A program made the position numbers and the translations under genes. This document shows positions 31,523 to 42,205 of a stretch of DNA of 64,000 nt, in pieces (the stretch's first letter is position 1; each line of letters starts with the position of its first letter). The notes under the pieces are model-generated. The model did not search any database. It worked only from the letters and a program-made list of their open reading frames with translations, and was not told the origin of the DNA. The stretch is from an uncultured Verrucomicrobiae bacterium (GTDB lineage: Bacteria > Verrucomicrobiota > Verrucomicrobiia > Limisphaerales > Palsa-1400), in NCBI GenBank assembly GCA_963702845.1, contig OY969763.1:1440001-1504000 (forward strand), in the 5' to 3' direction.

Positions 31523-33565
31523 ATGACACAAAAATCTGCATCACTTTTCGACTGGAAAATCGTCGGGCCGGCCATTGGCGATTCGTTTAAGAAGCTGAAT
31601 CCGAGGTTGATGATCAAGAACCCGGTGATGTTCGTGACCATGGTGGGCGCGGCACTGACAACGGCTGGCATTTTCACGACAGAAAAATCGCTGCGCGGGT
31701 TTGTCGTGCAATTGGCGATTTGGCTGTGGTTCACGGTGTTGTTTGCCAATTTCGCGGAAGCCGTCGCGGAAGGACGCGGGAAAGCCCAAGCGGCGAGTTT
31801 GAGAAAAGCCCGCAAGGAAACAATCGCGCGGCGGCTCCGCAACGGTCGTGAGGAACTGGTGCCCGCGCCTGATTTGCTGAAGGGCGATCAAGTAGTATGC
31901 GAAGCTGGCGACGTGATTCCGGCGGATGGCGACGTCGTGGAAGGCATCGCGAGCGTGGATGAAGCGGCGATTACAGGCGAGTCCGCGCCCGTGATTCGCG
32001 AGAGCGGCGGGGATCGTAGCGCGGTCACGGGCGGGACCCGGGTGTTGAGCGATCGGATTGTCATTCGCGTGACGACGGAGAAAGGGACGGGATTCCTGGA
32101 TCGCATGATTGCCTTGGTAGAAGGCGCGCAACGGCAGAAGACCCCGAATGAAATCGCCCTGACGATTTTGTTGTCCGCATTGACCCTGATTTTCCTGCTG
32201 GTCTGCATCACGCTGAAACCGTTCGGGATTTATTCCGGCGTGGCGTTCTCGATTCCTGTGTTGGTTGCGCTACTCGTGTGTCTGATTCCGACAACTATCG
32301 GCGGGCTTCTGAGCGCCATCGGCATCGCAGGCATGGATCGTGTGTTGCAACGCAACGTCCTCGCAATGAGCGGGCGTGCCGTTGAAGCCGCTGGTGATGT
32401 CGACGTGCTGCTTCTCGACAAAACTGGAACGATCACGCTTGGCAACCGCATGGCGACAGAATTTTTGCCGGCGCCAAACGTAAAACCCGAACGCCTGGCC
32501 GATGCTGCGCAGTTGGCATCTTTGGCAGATGAAACACCTGAAGGCCGCAGTATTGTGGTGCTGGCGAAAGAGAAATTTAATTTGCGGGCGCGCGAAGTTG
32601 CCGAGCCCCACGCGAACTTTGTGCCTTTCACCGCGCAGACGCGGATGAGTGGAGTGGATTTCCCAGCCCGTGACGGCCAACCGGCGCGTCGGATTCGCAA
32701 GGGAGCGGCCGATGCGATTCGCGCGTATGTGGATTTGGAAGGCGGAATTTTTCCAAAAGAAATCGGCCACGGAGTTGACGAAATTGCGCGCAGTGGCGGG
32801 ACACCGTTGGTAGTGGTCGAAGGCAACATGGTGCTGGGAGTGGTGCAGTTGAAAGACGTCGTGAAAGGCGGCATCAAGGAGCGCTTTGCGCATTTGCGGA
32901 AGATGGGAATTCGAACGGTGATGATTACAGGCGACAATGCGCTGACGGCAGCGGCGATTGCGGCGGAAGCCGGCGTGGATGACTTCATGGCGCAAGCGAC
33001 GCCGGAACAAAAGCTCAAGCGCATTCGCGAGGAGCAGGCCAATGGTCACCTCGTGGCGATGACAGGCGACGGCACCAATGACGCGCCTGCGCTCGCGCAA
33101 GCCGATGTCGGCGTTGCTATGAACACCGGCACGCAAGCAGCGCGCGAAGCGGGCAACATGGTCGACCTCGACAGCAATCCAACCAAGCTTCTCGACATCG
33201 TGGAGATCGGAAAACAGATGCTGATTACACGCGGATCGCTGACCACGTTCAGCATCGCGAACGACGTCGCCAAATACTTCGCAATCATTCCCGCGATGTT
33301 GATGGGGACGTTCCCGGCGATTGCCCCGATGAACATCATGCATCTGCACAGCCCCACCAGCGCGATCCTGAGCGCCATTATTTTTAATGCACTGGTCATC
33401 ATCGCACTCATCCCGCTTGCATTGCGTGGCGTTGCCTACAAACCAATGGGCGCCGTTGCGATTTTGCAGCGCAATTTGCTCATTTACGGACTCGGCGGAG
33501 TGGTCGTGCCGTTCATCGGCATCAAACTGATTGATGTGATTATCACCGCTCTCAACCTGGTTTAA
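31523..33565 (+). CDS. kdpB: K+-transporting ATPase subunit B
   Basis: DKTGT, TGES, KGA and [10 protein letters not shown] motifs. Confidence 0.97.
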   Translation: MTQKSASLFDWKIVGPAIGDSFKKLNPRLMIKNPVMFVTMVGAALTTAGIFTTEKSLRGFVVQLAIWLWFTVLFANFAEAVAEGRGKAQAASLRKARKETIARRLRNGREELVPAPDLLKGDQVVCEAGDVIPADGDVVEGIASVDEAAITGESAPVIRESGGDRSAVTGGTRVLSDRIVIRVTTEKGTGFLDRMIALVEGAQRQKTPNEIALTILLSALTLIFLLVCITLKPFGIYSGVAFSIPVLVALLVCLIPTTIGGLLSAIGIAGMDRVLQRNVLAMSGRAVEAAGDVDVLLLDKTGTITLGNRMATEFLPAPNVKPERLADAAQLASLADETPEGRSIVVLAKEKFNLRAREVAEPHANFVPFTAQTRMSGVDFPARDGQPARRIRKGAADAIRAYVDLEGGIFPKEIGHGVDEIARSGGTPLVVVEGNMVLGVVQLKDVVKGGIKERFAHLRKMGIRTVMITGDNALTAAAIAAEAGVDDFMAQATPEQKLKRIREEQANGHLVAMTGDGTNDAPALAQADVGVAMNTGTQAAREAGNMVDLDSNPTKLLDIVEIGKQMLITRGSLTTFSIANDVAKYFAIIPAMLMGTFPAIAPMNIMHLHSPTSAILSAIIFNALVIIALIPLALRGVAYKPMGAVAILQRNLLIYGLGGVVVPFIGIKLIDVIITALNLV

Positions 33566-33567
33566 TT

Positions 33568-34170
33568 ATGAAAACATTTTTTTCTGAAATTCGCGGTGCA
33601 GTGATGTCCACTGTGGTTCTGGCGATTGTTTGTTGTGGCATTTATCCGCTGGTTGTGTTTGGTATCTCGCAACTGGCGTTTCGCGACAAAGCCAATGCCA
33701 GTTTGATTGTGGACAAGGATGGAACCGTGCGCGGTTCGCGATTGATTGGGCAGGGGTTCACCGCTGAAAGATATTTTCACCCGCGCCCATCTGCCGCCGG
33801 AAACGGCTACGACGGCTTAAGTTCCAGTGGCAGCAATTTGGGGCCGACGTCGCAAAAATTAAGCGAGGCAATCAAGGATCGAATCAACGCTTATCGAAAA
33901 GAGAATGGTCTCAAGGAGAATGAACTGGTTCCCGCCGATGCAGTCACCGCCTCGGCGAGCGGACTCGATCCTCATATCACCCTGGGTAACGCGCAATTGC
34001 AGGTCGCTCGCGTGGCCAAGGCTCGCGGAGTGAGCCCCGATAAGATTCAGGAATTAATCGTAAAAAATGTCGATGAGCGTGATGTGGGGATATTGGGTGA
34101 GCCCGGAGTGAATGTGCTGATGCTGAACATGGACCTGGACAGGTCGCCCTCGCAACCCATCGCGCCATGA
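33568..34170 (+). CDS. kdpC: K+-transporting ATPase subunit C
   Basis: GSRLIGQ, YFHPRPSA, SASGLDPHI and VNVLMLN motifs. Confidence 0.96.
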   Translation: MKTFFSEIRGAVMSTVVLAIVCCGIYPLVVFGISQLAFRDKANASLIVDKDGTVRGSRLIGQGFTAERYFHPRPSAAGNGYDGLSSSGSNLGPTSQKLSEAIKDRINAYRKENGLKENELVPADAVTASASGLDPHITLGNAQLQVARVAKARGVSPDKIQELIVKNVDERDVGILGEPGVNVLMLNMDLDRSPSQPIAP

Positions 34171-34206
34171 TTGTATTTCCGGTCAACTGGCGATTAAATT
34201 GACAGC

Positions 34207-36897
34207 GTGGATCAGACCGACCGCCCAAATCCAGATGCGTTGCTGGCGGCAATCCAGTACGATGAGACGCTCGGTAAACGCGGGCGGCTGAAGGTTTTTG
34301 TCGGGATGTCTCCCGGTGTCGGCAAAACCTATGCCATGCTCGAAGCAGCCCAGCGCGAGTCAAAGGCCGGGCGTGACGTCGTCGTTGGATTGATCGAAAC
34401 GCACGCACGCAAAGAAACCGAGGCGCTGACAACCGGACTTTCGGTCATTCCCCGCAAGCACATCGATTATCGCGGCGTAACGCTGACGGAAATGGACATC
34501 GATGCGGTCATCGCGCGTAAGCCGCAGCTCGCCATCGTAGATGAATACGCGCACACGAATGCCCCGGGTTCGCGCCATCCCAAGCGCTATCAGGACGTGA
34601 TGGAACTTCTCGATGCCGGCATCGATGTCTTCACAACATTGAACATCCAGCACGTGGAGAGCCGCGCTGATTCGGTGCGCCAAATCACTGGAATTACAAT
34701 TCACGAAACGATCCCGGACACCGCGTTGGAAAAAGCAGAGTTCGAAGTCGTCGACCTGCCTCCCGATGAATTGCGCGCGCGGCTTGCTGCGGGAAAAGTT
34801 TATTTACCTGACCGGGTCGCGGCGGCTCGCGATAATTTCTTTCGGGCGGGAAATCTTGCGGCGTTGCGTGAATTGGTTTTGCGTTTTGCGGCTGAGCACG
34901 TTGGCCAGGACGTGCTGGCCTATCGCCGAACCCTCGGCGTTGCTGACCCGTGGAAATCCGGCCAGCGCCTGCTCGTTGCGCTCAGTTCGAGCCCGAGCTC
35001 AGCGGCGCTGGTCCGTTGGACAACCCGCCTCGCAGGGGAACTGCATTCACCATGGGTTGCAGTTTATGTTGAGCAACCGCGCCAGCTAAATGATGAAGAC
35101 CAGACGCGCTTAACGAAGCACCTGAACCTCGCTCGCGAACTTGGCGGCCAAATCATCACGACGACGGATGCGGACGTTGTTCGCGGCATCGTTCGTGTCG
35201 CGCAAGAACAGAATGTGACGCAGCTTGTCGTCGGCAAACCCGCTGGTTGGCGTGCGATCGAACTGTTTCGCGGCGGCTCATTTCTGAATCGACTCATTCA
35301 AGAGAGCGGTAACATCGACGTGCATGTTGTGCGAGCCACCGCTGAGGCGCCGCCGATGCGAAGGCCGCAGTTGCCCTCGTTTAGGGGTTCGAATCCTCGC
35401 GCTTATGGTATTGCCGCCGCAGTCGTTGCTGTCGCGACGTTGTTGAATCTGATTTTGAATCGCTGGATTCATTATGAGGCGATTTCCCTGGTGTACTTAT
35501 TTGTGGTTATTGTCCTTGGGCTCTTTGTCGGTGGTGGGCCGACGCTTGCAGCAGCGGGACTTACTGCTGTGCTATGGGACCTGCTTTTCGTGCCGCCCCG
35601 TTACACATTTGCGATTACGTCGGTGGCGGACTCGATGATGTTGCTCACCTACTTCGCGATCGCGCTGGCAATGGGCCAACTCACAAGCCGCTTGCGCGCG
35701 CAACAGGAAGCGGAGCGCCGTCGTGAGCAAAGGGCCACCGCACTTTACCTGCTGACTCGCGAACTTGGAAAGGCCACCGATTTTGCCGACTTGCTCGCAA
35801 TCATCATCCGTGAGGTGGGTAAAAATTTTGATTGCGATGTTGCTTTATCCCTACCGGATGAAAGTGATCCCGCGCCCACGCCATATTTCGCCAGCACGTG
35901 GACGTTCGATGAAAAGGAGCAAAGCGTCGCGACATGGGCGTTGCGCCACCGGCAATCGACGGGGCGCGGCACCGACACGTTGCCCTCGGCCGGAGGCCTG
36001 CACCTGCCGCTCATCAGCGATGAGCGGGGGATCGGCGTTCTCAGTTTGCGCTTTCACCAGAATACGCCTCTCTCGCCGCCGCAACGTGATTTGCTCGATG
36101 CTTACGTCCGGCACATTGCTCTCGTTCTCGACCGCCAAAGGCTTCGTGATGAGGAGCGCGAGGCGAAACTTGCCGAAAGATCCGAGCGCCTGAGCAAAAC
36201 CTTGCTCGATTCGCTATCGCACGAAATGCGCACTCCTGTCGCGGCAATTTCCAGCGCAGTTACTGCTTTGGCCGATGCCAAACAGAATGTCTCGCCCAAT
36301 TTTCAGAAGGAGATGGTGAACGAAATTCGCGAGGGCGCGGCGCGTTTGAATCGCCTGATTGGCAACGTGCTTGATATGACCCGGCTCGAAGCCGGCCATC
36401 TCAAACCGAAGCTGGATTGGTGCGATTTACGCGACCTCGTTCAAGTCGTGGTTCGTGACACCCGCAAAGAACTCGCCAGCCACAAAGTTACCGTCAATAT
36501 CGGCCCGAACATACCCCTGGCGCGAATTGATTTCGTGCTGATGCAGCAGGCGCTCACCAATTTACTATTGAACGCGGCTATACATACGCCAGTGAACAGC
36601 TCGGTGCAAATTATGGCGGCGCGGGAAGACGGTGTTGTCGCCTTGTCGATCATGGATGACGGTCCGGGAATCACTTCGGATGTTTTGCCGCACATTTTCG
36701 AAAAATTCTACCGTGCGCCGTCTGCGCGTACAGGCGGCATTGGGCTCGGGTTGTCTATTGTGAAAGGCCTTGTCGAAGCGCAAGGTGGAACCGTGCAGGC
36801 CGAGAATCGCACAAGTGGTGGCGCAAAATTCACGATCAATCTGCCCGCGGGTGAGCCGCCACCAATGGAACAAAATCATGAGCAGCACGACAAATAA
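34207..36897 (+). CDS. kdpD: sensor histidine kinase KdpD
   Basis: GMSPGVGKTYAML, USP domain, four TM segments, GAF, SHEMRTP and GLGL. Confidence 0.95.
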   Translation: MDQTDRPNPDALLAAIQYDETLGKRGRLKVFVGMSPGVGKTYAMLEAAQRESKAGRDVVVGLIETHARKETEALTTGLSVIPRKHIDYRGVTLTEMDIDAVIARKPQLAIVDEYAHTNAPGSRHPKRYQDVMELLDAGIDVFTTLNIQHVESRADSVRQITGITIHETIPDTALEKAEFEVVDLPPDELRARLAAGKVYLPDRVAAARDNFFRAGNLAALRELVLRFAAEHVGQDVLAYRRTLGVADPWKSGQRLLVALSSSPSSAALVRWTTRLAGELHSPWVAVYVEQPRQLNDEDQTRLTKHLNLARELGGQIITTTDADVVRGIVRVAQEQNVTQLVVGKPAGWRAIELFRGGSFLNRLIQESGNIDVHVVRATAEAPPMRRPQLPSFRGSNPRAYGIAAAVVAVATLLNLILNRWIHYEAISLVYLFVVIVLGLFVGGGPTLAAAGLTAVLWDLLFVPPRYTFAITSVADSMMLLTYFAIALAMGQLTSRLRAQQEAERRREQRATALYLLTRELGKATDFADLLAIIIREVGKNFDCDVALSLPDESDPAPTPYFASTWTFDEKEQSVATWALRHRQSTGRGTDTLPSAGGLHLPLISDERGIGVLSLRFHQNTPLSPPQRDLLDAYVRHIALVLDRQRLRDEEREAKLAERSERLSKTLLDSLSHEMRTPVAAISSAVTALADAKQNVSPNFQKEMVNEIREGAARLNRLIGNVLDMTRLEAGHLKPKLDWCDLRDLVQVVVRDTRKELASHKVTVNIGPNIPLARIDFVLMQQALTNLLLNAAIHTPVNSSVQIMAAREDGVVALSIMDDGPGITSDVLPHIFEKFYRAPSARTGGIGLGLSIVKGLVEAQGGTVQAENRTSGGAKFTINLPAGEPPPMEQNHEQHDK

Positions 36898-37576
36898 ACA
36901 GATCGTCCTGATCGTTGACGACGAAGTGCAGATTCGCCGTTTGCTGCGCGTCACGCTGGAAGGCCATGATTTCCGCGTGTACGAAGCGGCGACCGGTCGG
37001 GACGGTTTGATCGAAGCGGCGCAATGTCGTCCCGATGTTGTGTTGCTGGATCTCGGTTTGCCAGACATGGACGGTGTAACGGTTATTAAGCGCTTACGCG
37101 AATGGAGCAAAGTGCCTGTGGTTGTTCTTTCAGTGCGCGATCGCGATGAGGATAAAATTACCGCGCTTGATCATGGGGCGGACGATTATGTGACGAAACC
37201 GTTCAGCACTGGCGAATTGCTGGCGCGTGTCCGCGTTGCCTTGCGCCATGCTCAACCGACGGAGAACCTCGCGGTCTTCCACACCGGCGATCTACAAGTT
37301 GATTTGAGTTCGCGCGTCGTGACTCGGAAGGGGAAAGAAGTGAAACTCACGGCGACCGAGTATTCGCTCCTGCGCCTTTTTGTGCAGCATGCCGGCAAGG
37401 TCCTGACCCACCAACAAATCCTCCGCGACGTCTGGGGCCCGAACTACGTCGATCAAACGCATTACCTCCGCGTTTACATGGGACACCTGCGCGAAAAGCT
37501 TGAATCTGATCCTGCGCAGCCCGAAATGTTCATCACTGAACCGGGAGTTGGCTACCGCCTTGTCACGTCGGAATAG
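36878..37576 (+). CDS. kdpE: response regulator KdpE
   Basis: LIVDDE, LDLGLPD, YLRVYM and TEPGVGYR; follows kdpD. Confidence 0.93.
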   Translation: MSSTTNKQIVLIVDDEVQIRRLLRVTLEGHDFRVYEAATGRDGLIEAAQCRPDVVLLDLGLPDMDGVTVIKRLREWSKVPVVVLSVRDRDEDKITALDHGADDYVTKPFSTGELLARVRVALRHAQPTENLAVFHTGDLQVDLSSRVVTRKGKEVKLTATEYSLLRLFVQHAGKVLTHQQILRDVWGPNYVDQTHYLRVYMGHLREKLESDPAQPEMFITEPGVGYRLVTSE

Positions 37577-37612
37577 ATTGTCGCCCGTTTCTATTCGCAC
37601 TAATTTGCAAAT

Positions 37613-38167
37613 GTGAAGGTTAGCGACAATTTAAATTTTCGGGCGCTTCTGCAAACCAACGAGCTTCCCTCGCTCGGGCCGCAAAAACGCCTCAGCCGAA
37701 AGTCCATTCTCGACCTCGAAAAAGCCTTCAATGTTTTCTTTCGCTCAACCAAATTGTCGACGGAAAACCAGCAACTCGTTCGCGCTCTCGTTCTATTGTG
37801 GAACGATCATTTTCGCGAGGCGCACGATATCGCGCAGGAAATTGAAACGCCGGATGGCGCGTTTGTTCATGGCATCATGCACCGACGCGAACCCGATTAT
37901 GGAAACGCGAAATATTGGTTCCATCAAGTTGGTGAGCACCCGACATTTCCGACCATTGCCGAACGTGCTGTGGAGCTTCCAACAACCGATGCTGAGAAAA
38001 AGGTGCTGACTAAAATTGTTGGTGACCTCGACAATCCCGAGTGGGACCCGTGCGCTTTCGTTGACGCCTGCGAACGTGTCCGCAGCACGACTCACCTCGA
38101 ACAACCTTTCCTGCAACGGCTCCAGGAAATTGAAGCGCAGGAATTGCTTCTCCACTTCTGCAGCTAA
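37613..38167 (+). CDS. conserved hypothetical helical protein
   Basis: AHDIAQ...HGIMHRREPDYGNAKYWF motif; fits operon spacing. Confidence 0.75.
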   Translation: MKVSDNLNFRALLQTNELPSLGPQKRLSRKSILDLEKAFNVFFRSTKLSTENQQLVRALVLLWNDHFREAHDIAQEIETPDGAFVHGIMHRREPDYGNAKYWFHQVGEHPTFPTIAERAVELPTTDAEKKVLTKIVGDLDNPEWDPCAFVDACERVRSTTHLEQPFLQRLQEIEAQELLLHFCS

Positions 38168-38168
38168 C

Positions 38169-39116
38169 GTGCACGACCTCGGCCCAGTTTTAAACGCCGT
38201 CATCCCGGTCTTCTGCATTGCCATCGCCGGCATGCTGCTGCGCCAACGAAAATGGCTGACCGAAGACGCTGACCGCAGTCTTTTCAAAGTCACCGTCAAC
38301 GTCCTGATGCCCTCGCTGATTGTCGATTCAGTCTTGCACAACCAGGCGCTCAAACAAGTCGGGACCGTTGTGCTCGCGCCCATAGTCGGTTTCATCAGCA
38401 TCGCCGTCGGCATGTTGATCGCGCTGGTTTTCGCGCGCACCGCCGCACTCAAGGACAGAAAAGCCGTAGCTACGTTCGTCCTGTGTGCGGGCATTTACAA
38501 TTACGGCTACGTCCCCGTGCCACTGGTTAAAGTCCTGTTCCCACCAGACACACTCGGTGTTCTCTTCGCGCACAATCTCGGCGTCGAAATCGCGTTCTGG
38601 ACACTCGGCCTGATGGCGCTTGGTGCAGTCGGTTCCGGCAACGTCTGGCGCAACATGCTCAACGCTCCCGTGCTCGCAATCTTCGTCTCGCTCGCGCTGA
38701 ACTTCCTGGGCGCCGACAAAATCATTCCCGATTTCATTTTGCTCACCGCAAAATTACTTGGCCAATGCGCCGTGCCGATGGGCCTCATTCTCATCGGCGC
38801 CACCATGGCGGATCACCTGCACGAATTCAGGGCAGGGTGGGGATGGCGAGTCATCCTCAGTTCCTGTTTTGTCCGCCTCGGCATTGCACCGATTTTGTTC
38901 TTAGTCGTTGCCCGATACCTGCCGTGTTCCGTCGAATTAAAGCGGGTCATTATCGTGCAAGCGGCCATGCCCGCCGCGACCTTTCCGATACTTTTAGCCC
39001 GTCATTACGGGGGAGAACCCTCCACTGCCTTGCGCGTCGTCATTGGCACATCCGTCGCAAGCCTGGTCACCACACCGCTCTGGATTCGCTTTGGGTTGAA
39101 GTTCGTCGGAGTTTAA
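38169..39116 (+). CDS. AEC (auxin efflux carrier) family transporter
   Basis: NYGYVPVP, VPMGLILIG and QAAMPAA motifs; multi-pass membrane protein. Confidence 0.88.
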   Translation: MHDLGPVLNAVIPVFCIAIAGMLLRQRKWLTEDADRSLFKVTVNVLMPSLIVDSVLHNQALKQVGTVVLAPIVGFISIAVGMLIALVFARTAALKDRKAVATFVLCAGIYNYGYVPVPLVKVLFPPDTLGVLFAHNLGVEIAFWTLGLMALGAVGSGNVWRNMLNAPVLAIFVSLALNFLGADKIIPDFILLTAKLLGQCAVPMGLILIGATMADHLHEFRAGWGWRVILSSCFVRLGIAPILFLVVARYLPCSVELKRVIIVQAAMPAATFPILLARHYGGEPSTALRVVIGTSVASLVTTPLWIRFGLKFVGV

Positions 39117-39166
39117 GCCCCTTGCAATTGAGGTGCCGAGGCATAGCGTACTTCAGGGAGGTAATT

Positions 39167-39538
39167 ATGACAGGAGTCATTGAAAAACAGGAAAAGAAGA
39201 GTTTTGCTAAACCAGACGACAAGCGCTCGTTCGATAAAGGACAGGTAGAGGTGGTGACGGTTGGCGAGATGACGATTGGCCGCCAAAAACTTCAACCCGG
39301 TTGGAGTTGGTCATCGTGCGTCAAACCGATCGCGAAAACCGAATTCTGTCAGGCGTCGCATCTCATCTGCCAGGTTTCCGGCCGCATGCATGTGAAGATG
39401 GAAGATGGAAGCGAATTCGAAATAGGACCCGGCGAGGTTGCGACAATTCCGCCCGGACATGATGCGTGGGTTGTCGGGAGCGAACCGGTCGTTGGGTTCG
39501 ACATCACAGGCGCAGATGACTATGCGAAGCCGACCTAA
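39167..39538 (+). CDS. cupin domain protein
   Basis: LQPGWSWS, CQASH and IPPGHDAWVVG; GGAGG RBS upstream. Confidence 0.85.
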   Translation: MTGVIEKQEKKSFAKPDDKRSFDKGQVEVVTVGEMTIGRQKLQPGWSWSSCVKPIAKTEFCQASHLICQVSGRMHVKMEDGSEFEIGPGEVATIPPGHDAWVVGSEPVVGFDITGADDYAKPT

Positions 39539-39548
39539 ACGCGAGTTG

Positions 39549-41075
39549 CTACTTTTTTGATGCGATCTCAATGGCCCTAACCAACCCGCCAATCGTGTGC
39601 TCTTTGGCTTCAACCGTGGGTTTAAGTCCAAGAGCACCGATTGCTTTGCTCGTTTCGGGGCCGATTGACGCAAGTTTCGCGTGCGGATATTTCTTCAACA
39701 ATTCCGGCAAGTTGAAGCGCGCGTGAAAATTCTCGACCGTTGAACCGCTCGTGAACGTGATCCAATCCGCGCCGCTCTCATTCAGTCGCTCGGCGGCGCC
39801 GGTGATGTCTTCCGTTTCCGGCACGGTCTTGTAACACGCGACGTCGTCGACGATCGCGCCCATCTCTTCCAACTGCTTCGGCAACTCGACATTAGCCACT
39901 TCCGCGCGCAGGATCAGAATGCGCAGGTTTTCGATGCTTTCAAATTTCTCGAATGCCTTCGCGATCTCCGACGCCACGTATTCGTCTGGCATCAAATCCA
40001 CTCTCAAATGCAGCTCCTTCAACTTCGCCGCCGTCGCCGGACCAACCGCCGCAATGCGAACGCCGCCGATATCCCGCATGTCATCGAACGCTTTAAAGAA
40101 ATATTCGAAGAACGTTTTCACGCCGTTCGGGCTCGTGAAAATAATCCAGTCGTAAGCGTTCAGTTCCAGCATTGCGTCCGCCAAATCCTGGGCGTCGGTC
40201 GGTGGAACAATCTTGATCGTCGGAATTTCTAAAACCTCTGCGCCACATTCGAGCAATTCATGCGAAAGTTTGCTTGCCTGATCGCGTGTGCGCGTTACGA
40301 CAATGCGTTGACCGAACAGCGGCCGTTTCTCGAACCAGTTCAGTTTGCCGCGAAGTTTCACGACGTCGCCGATCACCGTCAGTGCAGGTGGTTTGAAACC
40401 GGTCTTCTCCACGACCGAGGCAATTGTTTCCAACGTGCCTTCGATCGATTCCTGTCGCCCGGTCGTTCCCCAGCGCACCATTGCGACCGGTGTTTTTGCA
40501 TCCATGCCGTTGGCGATCAACTTGTCGGCGATCTCTTTTGTGCGCGTCACGCCCATCAGCACCACTTTCGTGCCCGGCGCTTTGGCGACTTCTTCCCAAT
40601 CCACCGCCGGTTCATCTTTGTCCGGGTCTTCGTGGCCGGTGATGACAGTGAAACTCGAGCCATGATCGCGATGCGTGATCGGCACACCCGCATAGGTCAA
40701 GGCTGCGATACTCGACGAAATTCCCGGGACAACTTCAAATGGCACTTTAGCCGCAAACAATTGCTCCGCTTCTTCGCCGCCGCGCCCGAACACATAAGGA
40801 TCACCGCCTTTGAGGCGAACGACGAATTTACCTTCCTTGGCTTTGCTGACTAAAAGTTCATTCAACTTGTCCTGTGGAATGACGTGTTCGCTCGAACGTT
40901 TGCCGGCGTAAATTAATTCCGTCCCCGGCTTCGTCAGCCGCAGCAGCTCTTTATTGACGAGGGCGTCGTAAACGACGACGTCAGCGCGCGCGAGCAACTC
41001 AGCTCCGCGCACGGTCAATAGACCAGCGTCACCGGGACCGGCGCCAACGAGATATACGATGCCTTTATGTTTCAC
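39549..41075 (-). CDS. cobA: fused uroporphyrinogen-III C-methyltransferase / uroporphyrinogen-III synthase (CobA-HemD)
   Basis: LVGAGPGD and RLKGGDP in the N-terminal half; VVTR, FTSPNGV, AVGPAT and FTSGST in the C-terminal half. Confidence 0.93.
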   Translation of the reverse strand: MKHKGIVYLVGAGPGDAGLLTVRGAELLARADVVVYDALVNKELLRLTKPGTELIYAGKRSSEHVIPQDKLNELLVSKAKEGKFVVRLKGGDPYVFGRGGEEAEQLFAAKVPFEVVPGISSSIAALTYAGVPITHRDHGSSFTVITGHEDPDKDEPAVDWEEVAKAPGTKVVLMGVTRTKEIADKLIANGMDAKTPVAMVRWGTTGRQESIEGTLETIASVVEKTGFKPPALTVIGDVVKLRGKLNWFEKRPLFGQRIVVTRTRDQASKLSHELLECGAEVLEIPTIKIVPPTDAQDLADAMLELNAYDWIIFTSPNGVKTFFEYFFKAFDDMRDIGGVRIAAVGPATAAKLKELHLRVDLMPDEYVASEIAKAFEKFESIENLRILILRAEVANVELPKQLEEMGAIVDDVACYKTVPETEDITGAAERLNESGADWITFTSGSTVENFHARFNLPELLKKYPHAKLASIGPETSKAIGALGLKPTVEAKEHTIGGLVRAIEIASKK

Positions 41076-41085
41076 GTTCTTTAAA

Positions 41086-41190
41086 TGTAGGAGACGAGGT
41101 GACGAGTCTCAAATTTTTCCTCGCCCCTTAGCCGCTGGCGTAGGGAGGTGGGCGTCGTGCCAAATCCGCCTCCTCACGTCGGCGGCTACA
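41086..41190. repeat. inverted pair of GTAG-type REP-like elements
   Basis: TGTAG-GAGAC(...)GTCTC hairpin on the left; reverse-strand TGTAG-CCGCC(...)GGCGG hairpin on the right. Confidence 0.7.
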
Positions 41191-41194
41191 GTTG

Positions 41195-42085
41195 TCAAAG
41201 TGGCTTTGGACGGCGCTTCACGTTTTTGGCTTCCACTTTTTGATTCGCCAGCGGCTGTCCCTTAACTCCGACCTTCGCCCGCGTCACATGCCAGCGCGCC
41301 AGATTCGCGACATAAAGTTCGTCCATATTCTCACCGCCAAACGCCATGTTCGTCGGACTCCCCAGATGAATCGCCCAAGGGTCCCACGCGAACAAAGTTT
41401 TTTCGCCGTTCGGCGCAATGCGCCAAATTTCATCCGACGCGTAGCAACTGGCGTAAAGATTCCCATCGGCATCAAGTGTTAGCCCGTCTGGAAAGCGCCC
41501 AACATTTTCCGCGTAAACTTTGCCTTCAGACAATTTGCCATCGCCACCGATCTCGTAGCGGAACACGCGATTCGTGTTGCTCTCGATCATGAACAACGTC
41601 TTTTCATCCGCGCTGAGCGCGAGTCCGTTCGTGTAACCCATCGGCCCCGCGAGAATTTCGCCTTTACCATCCGGGGTGAAACGCAACAAATAACCAGTGT
41701 TCTTCTTCCAAAGCCCGGAATCCGTGACGTAATAATTCCCCTTCGAATCGAACAACCCGTAATTCGCACAAACAATTTTCTGCTCGCCGACGTGCGAAGC
41801 GAACACCGATGTTTCTCCATTCGCATCCACCCGCACGATGCCCGTCGCCGGATGACAAACATGCAACACATCACTCGGCGAAAACGCGACTCCTGCGCAG
41901 TAACTCCCCAGATTCGCTACCGCATGCGGTTTGCGATCCGAACCAATGCGCCAAATGATTCCGGCTTCGCTCCCCGTCCAAAGATCGCCCTGTTGATCAA
42001 AGGCGAGGCATTCGGGATGATCGAGCCCGGTGGCATAAACTTCAAAAGATTCGATCGGAATTTCAGTCTTCACATTCGCGGACAT
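41195..42085 (-). CDS. SMP-30/gluconolactonase family protein
   Basis: LDHPE, YTNGLALS, FPDGLTLD and PTNMAFGG motifs. Confidence 0.88.
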   Translation of the reverse strand: MSANVKTEIPIESFEVYATGLDHPECLAFDQQGDLWTGSEAGIIWRIGSDRKPHAVANLGSYCAGVAFSPSDVLHVCHPATGIVRVDANGETSVFASHVGEQKIVCANYGLFDSKGNYYVTDSGLWKKNTGYLLRFTPDGKGEILAGPMGYTNGLALSADEKTLFMIESNTNRVFRYEIGGDGKLSEGKVYAENVGRFPDGLTLDADGNLYASCYASDEIWRIAPNGEKTLFAWDPWAIHLGSPTNMAFGGENMDELYVANLARWHVTRAKVGVKGQPLANQKVEAKNVKRRPKPL

Positions 42086-42205
42086 TGCCGCAGTAGAACA
42101 CACCGCAGCCAACCAATTCAAGACCGGTTGCAATAACCCTTCACCCCCGCAACATTCTGCGCGCTTGTCTCGCTGTCGGAAACGTTGCTATAAACAACGA
42201 TTCAA

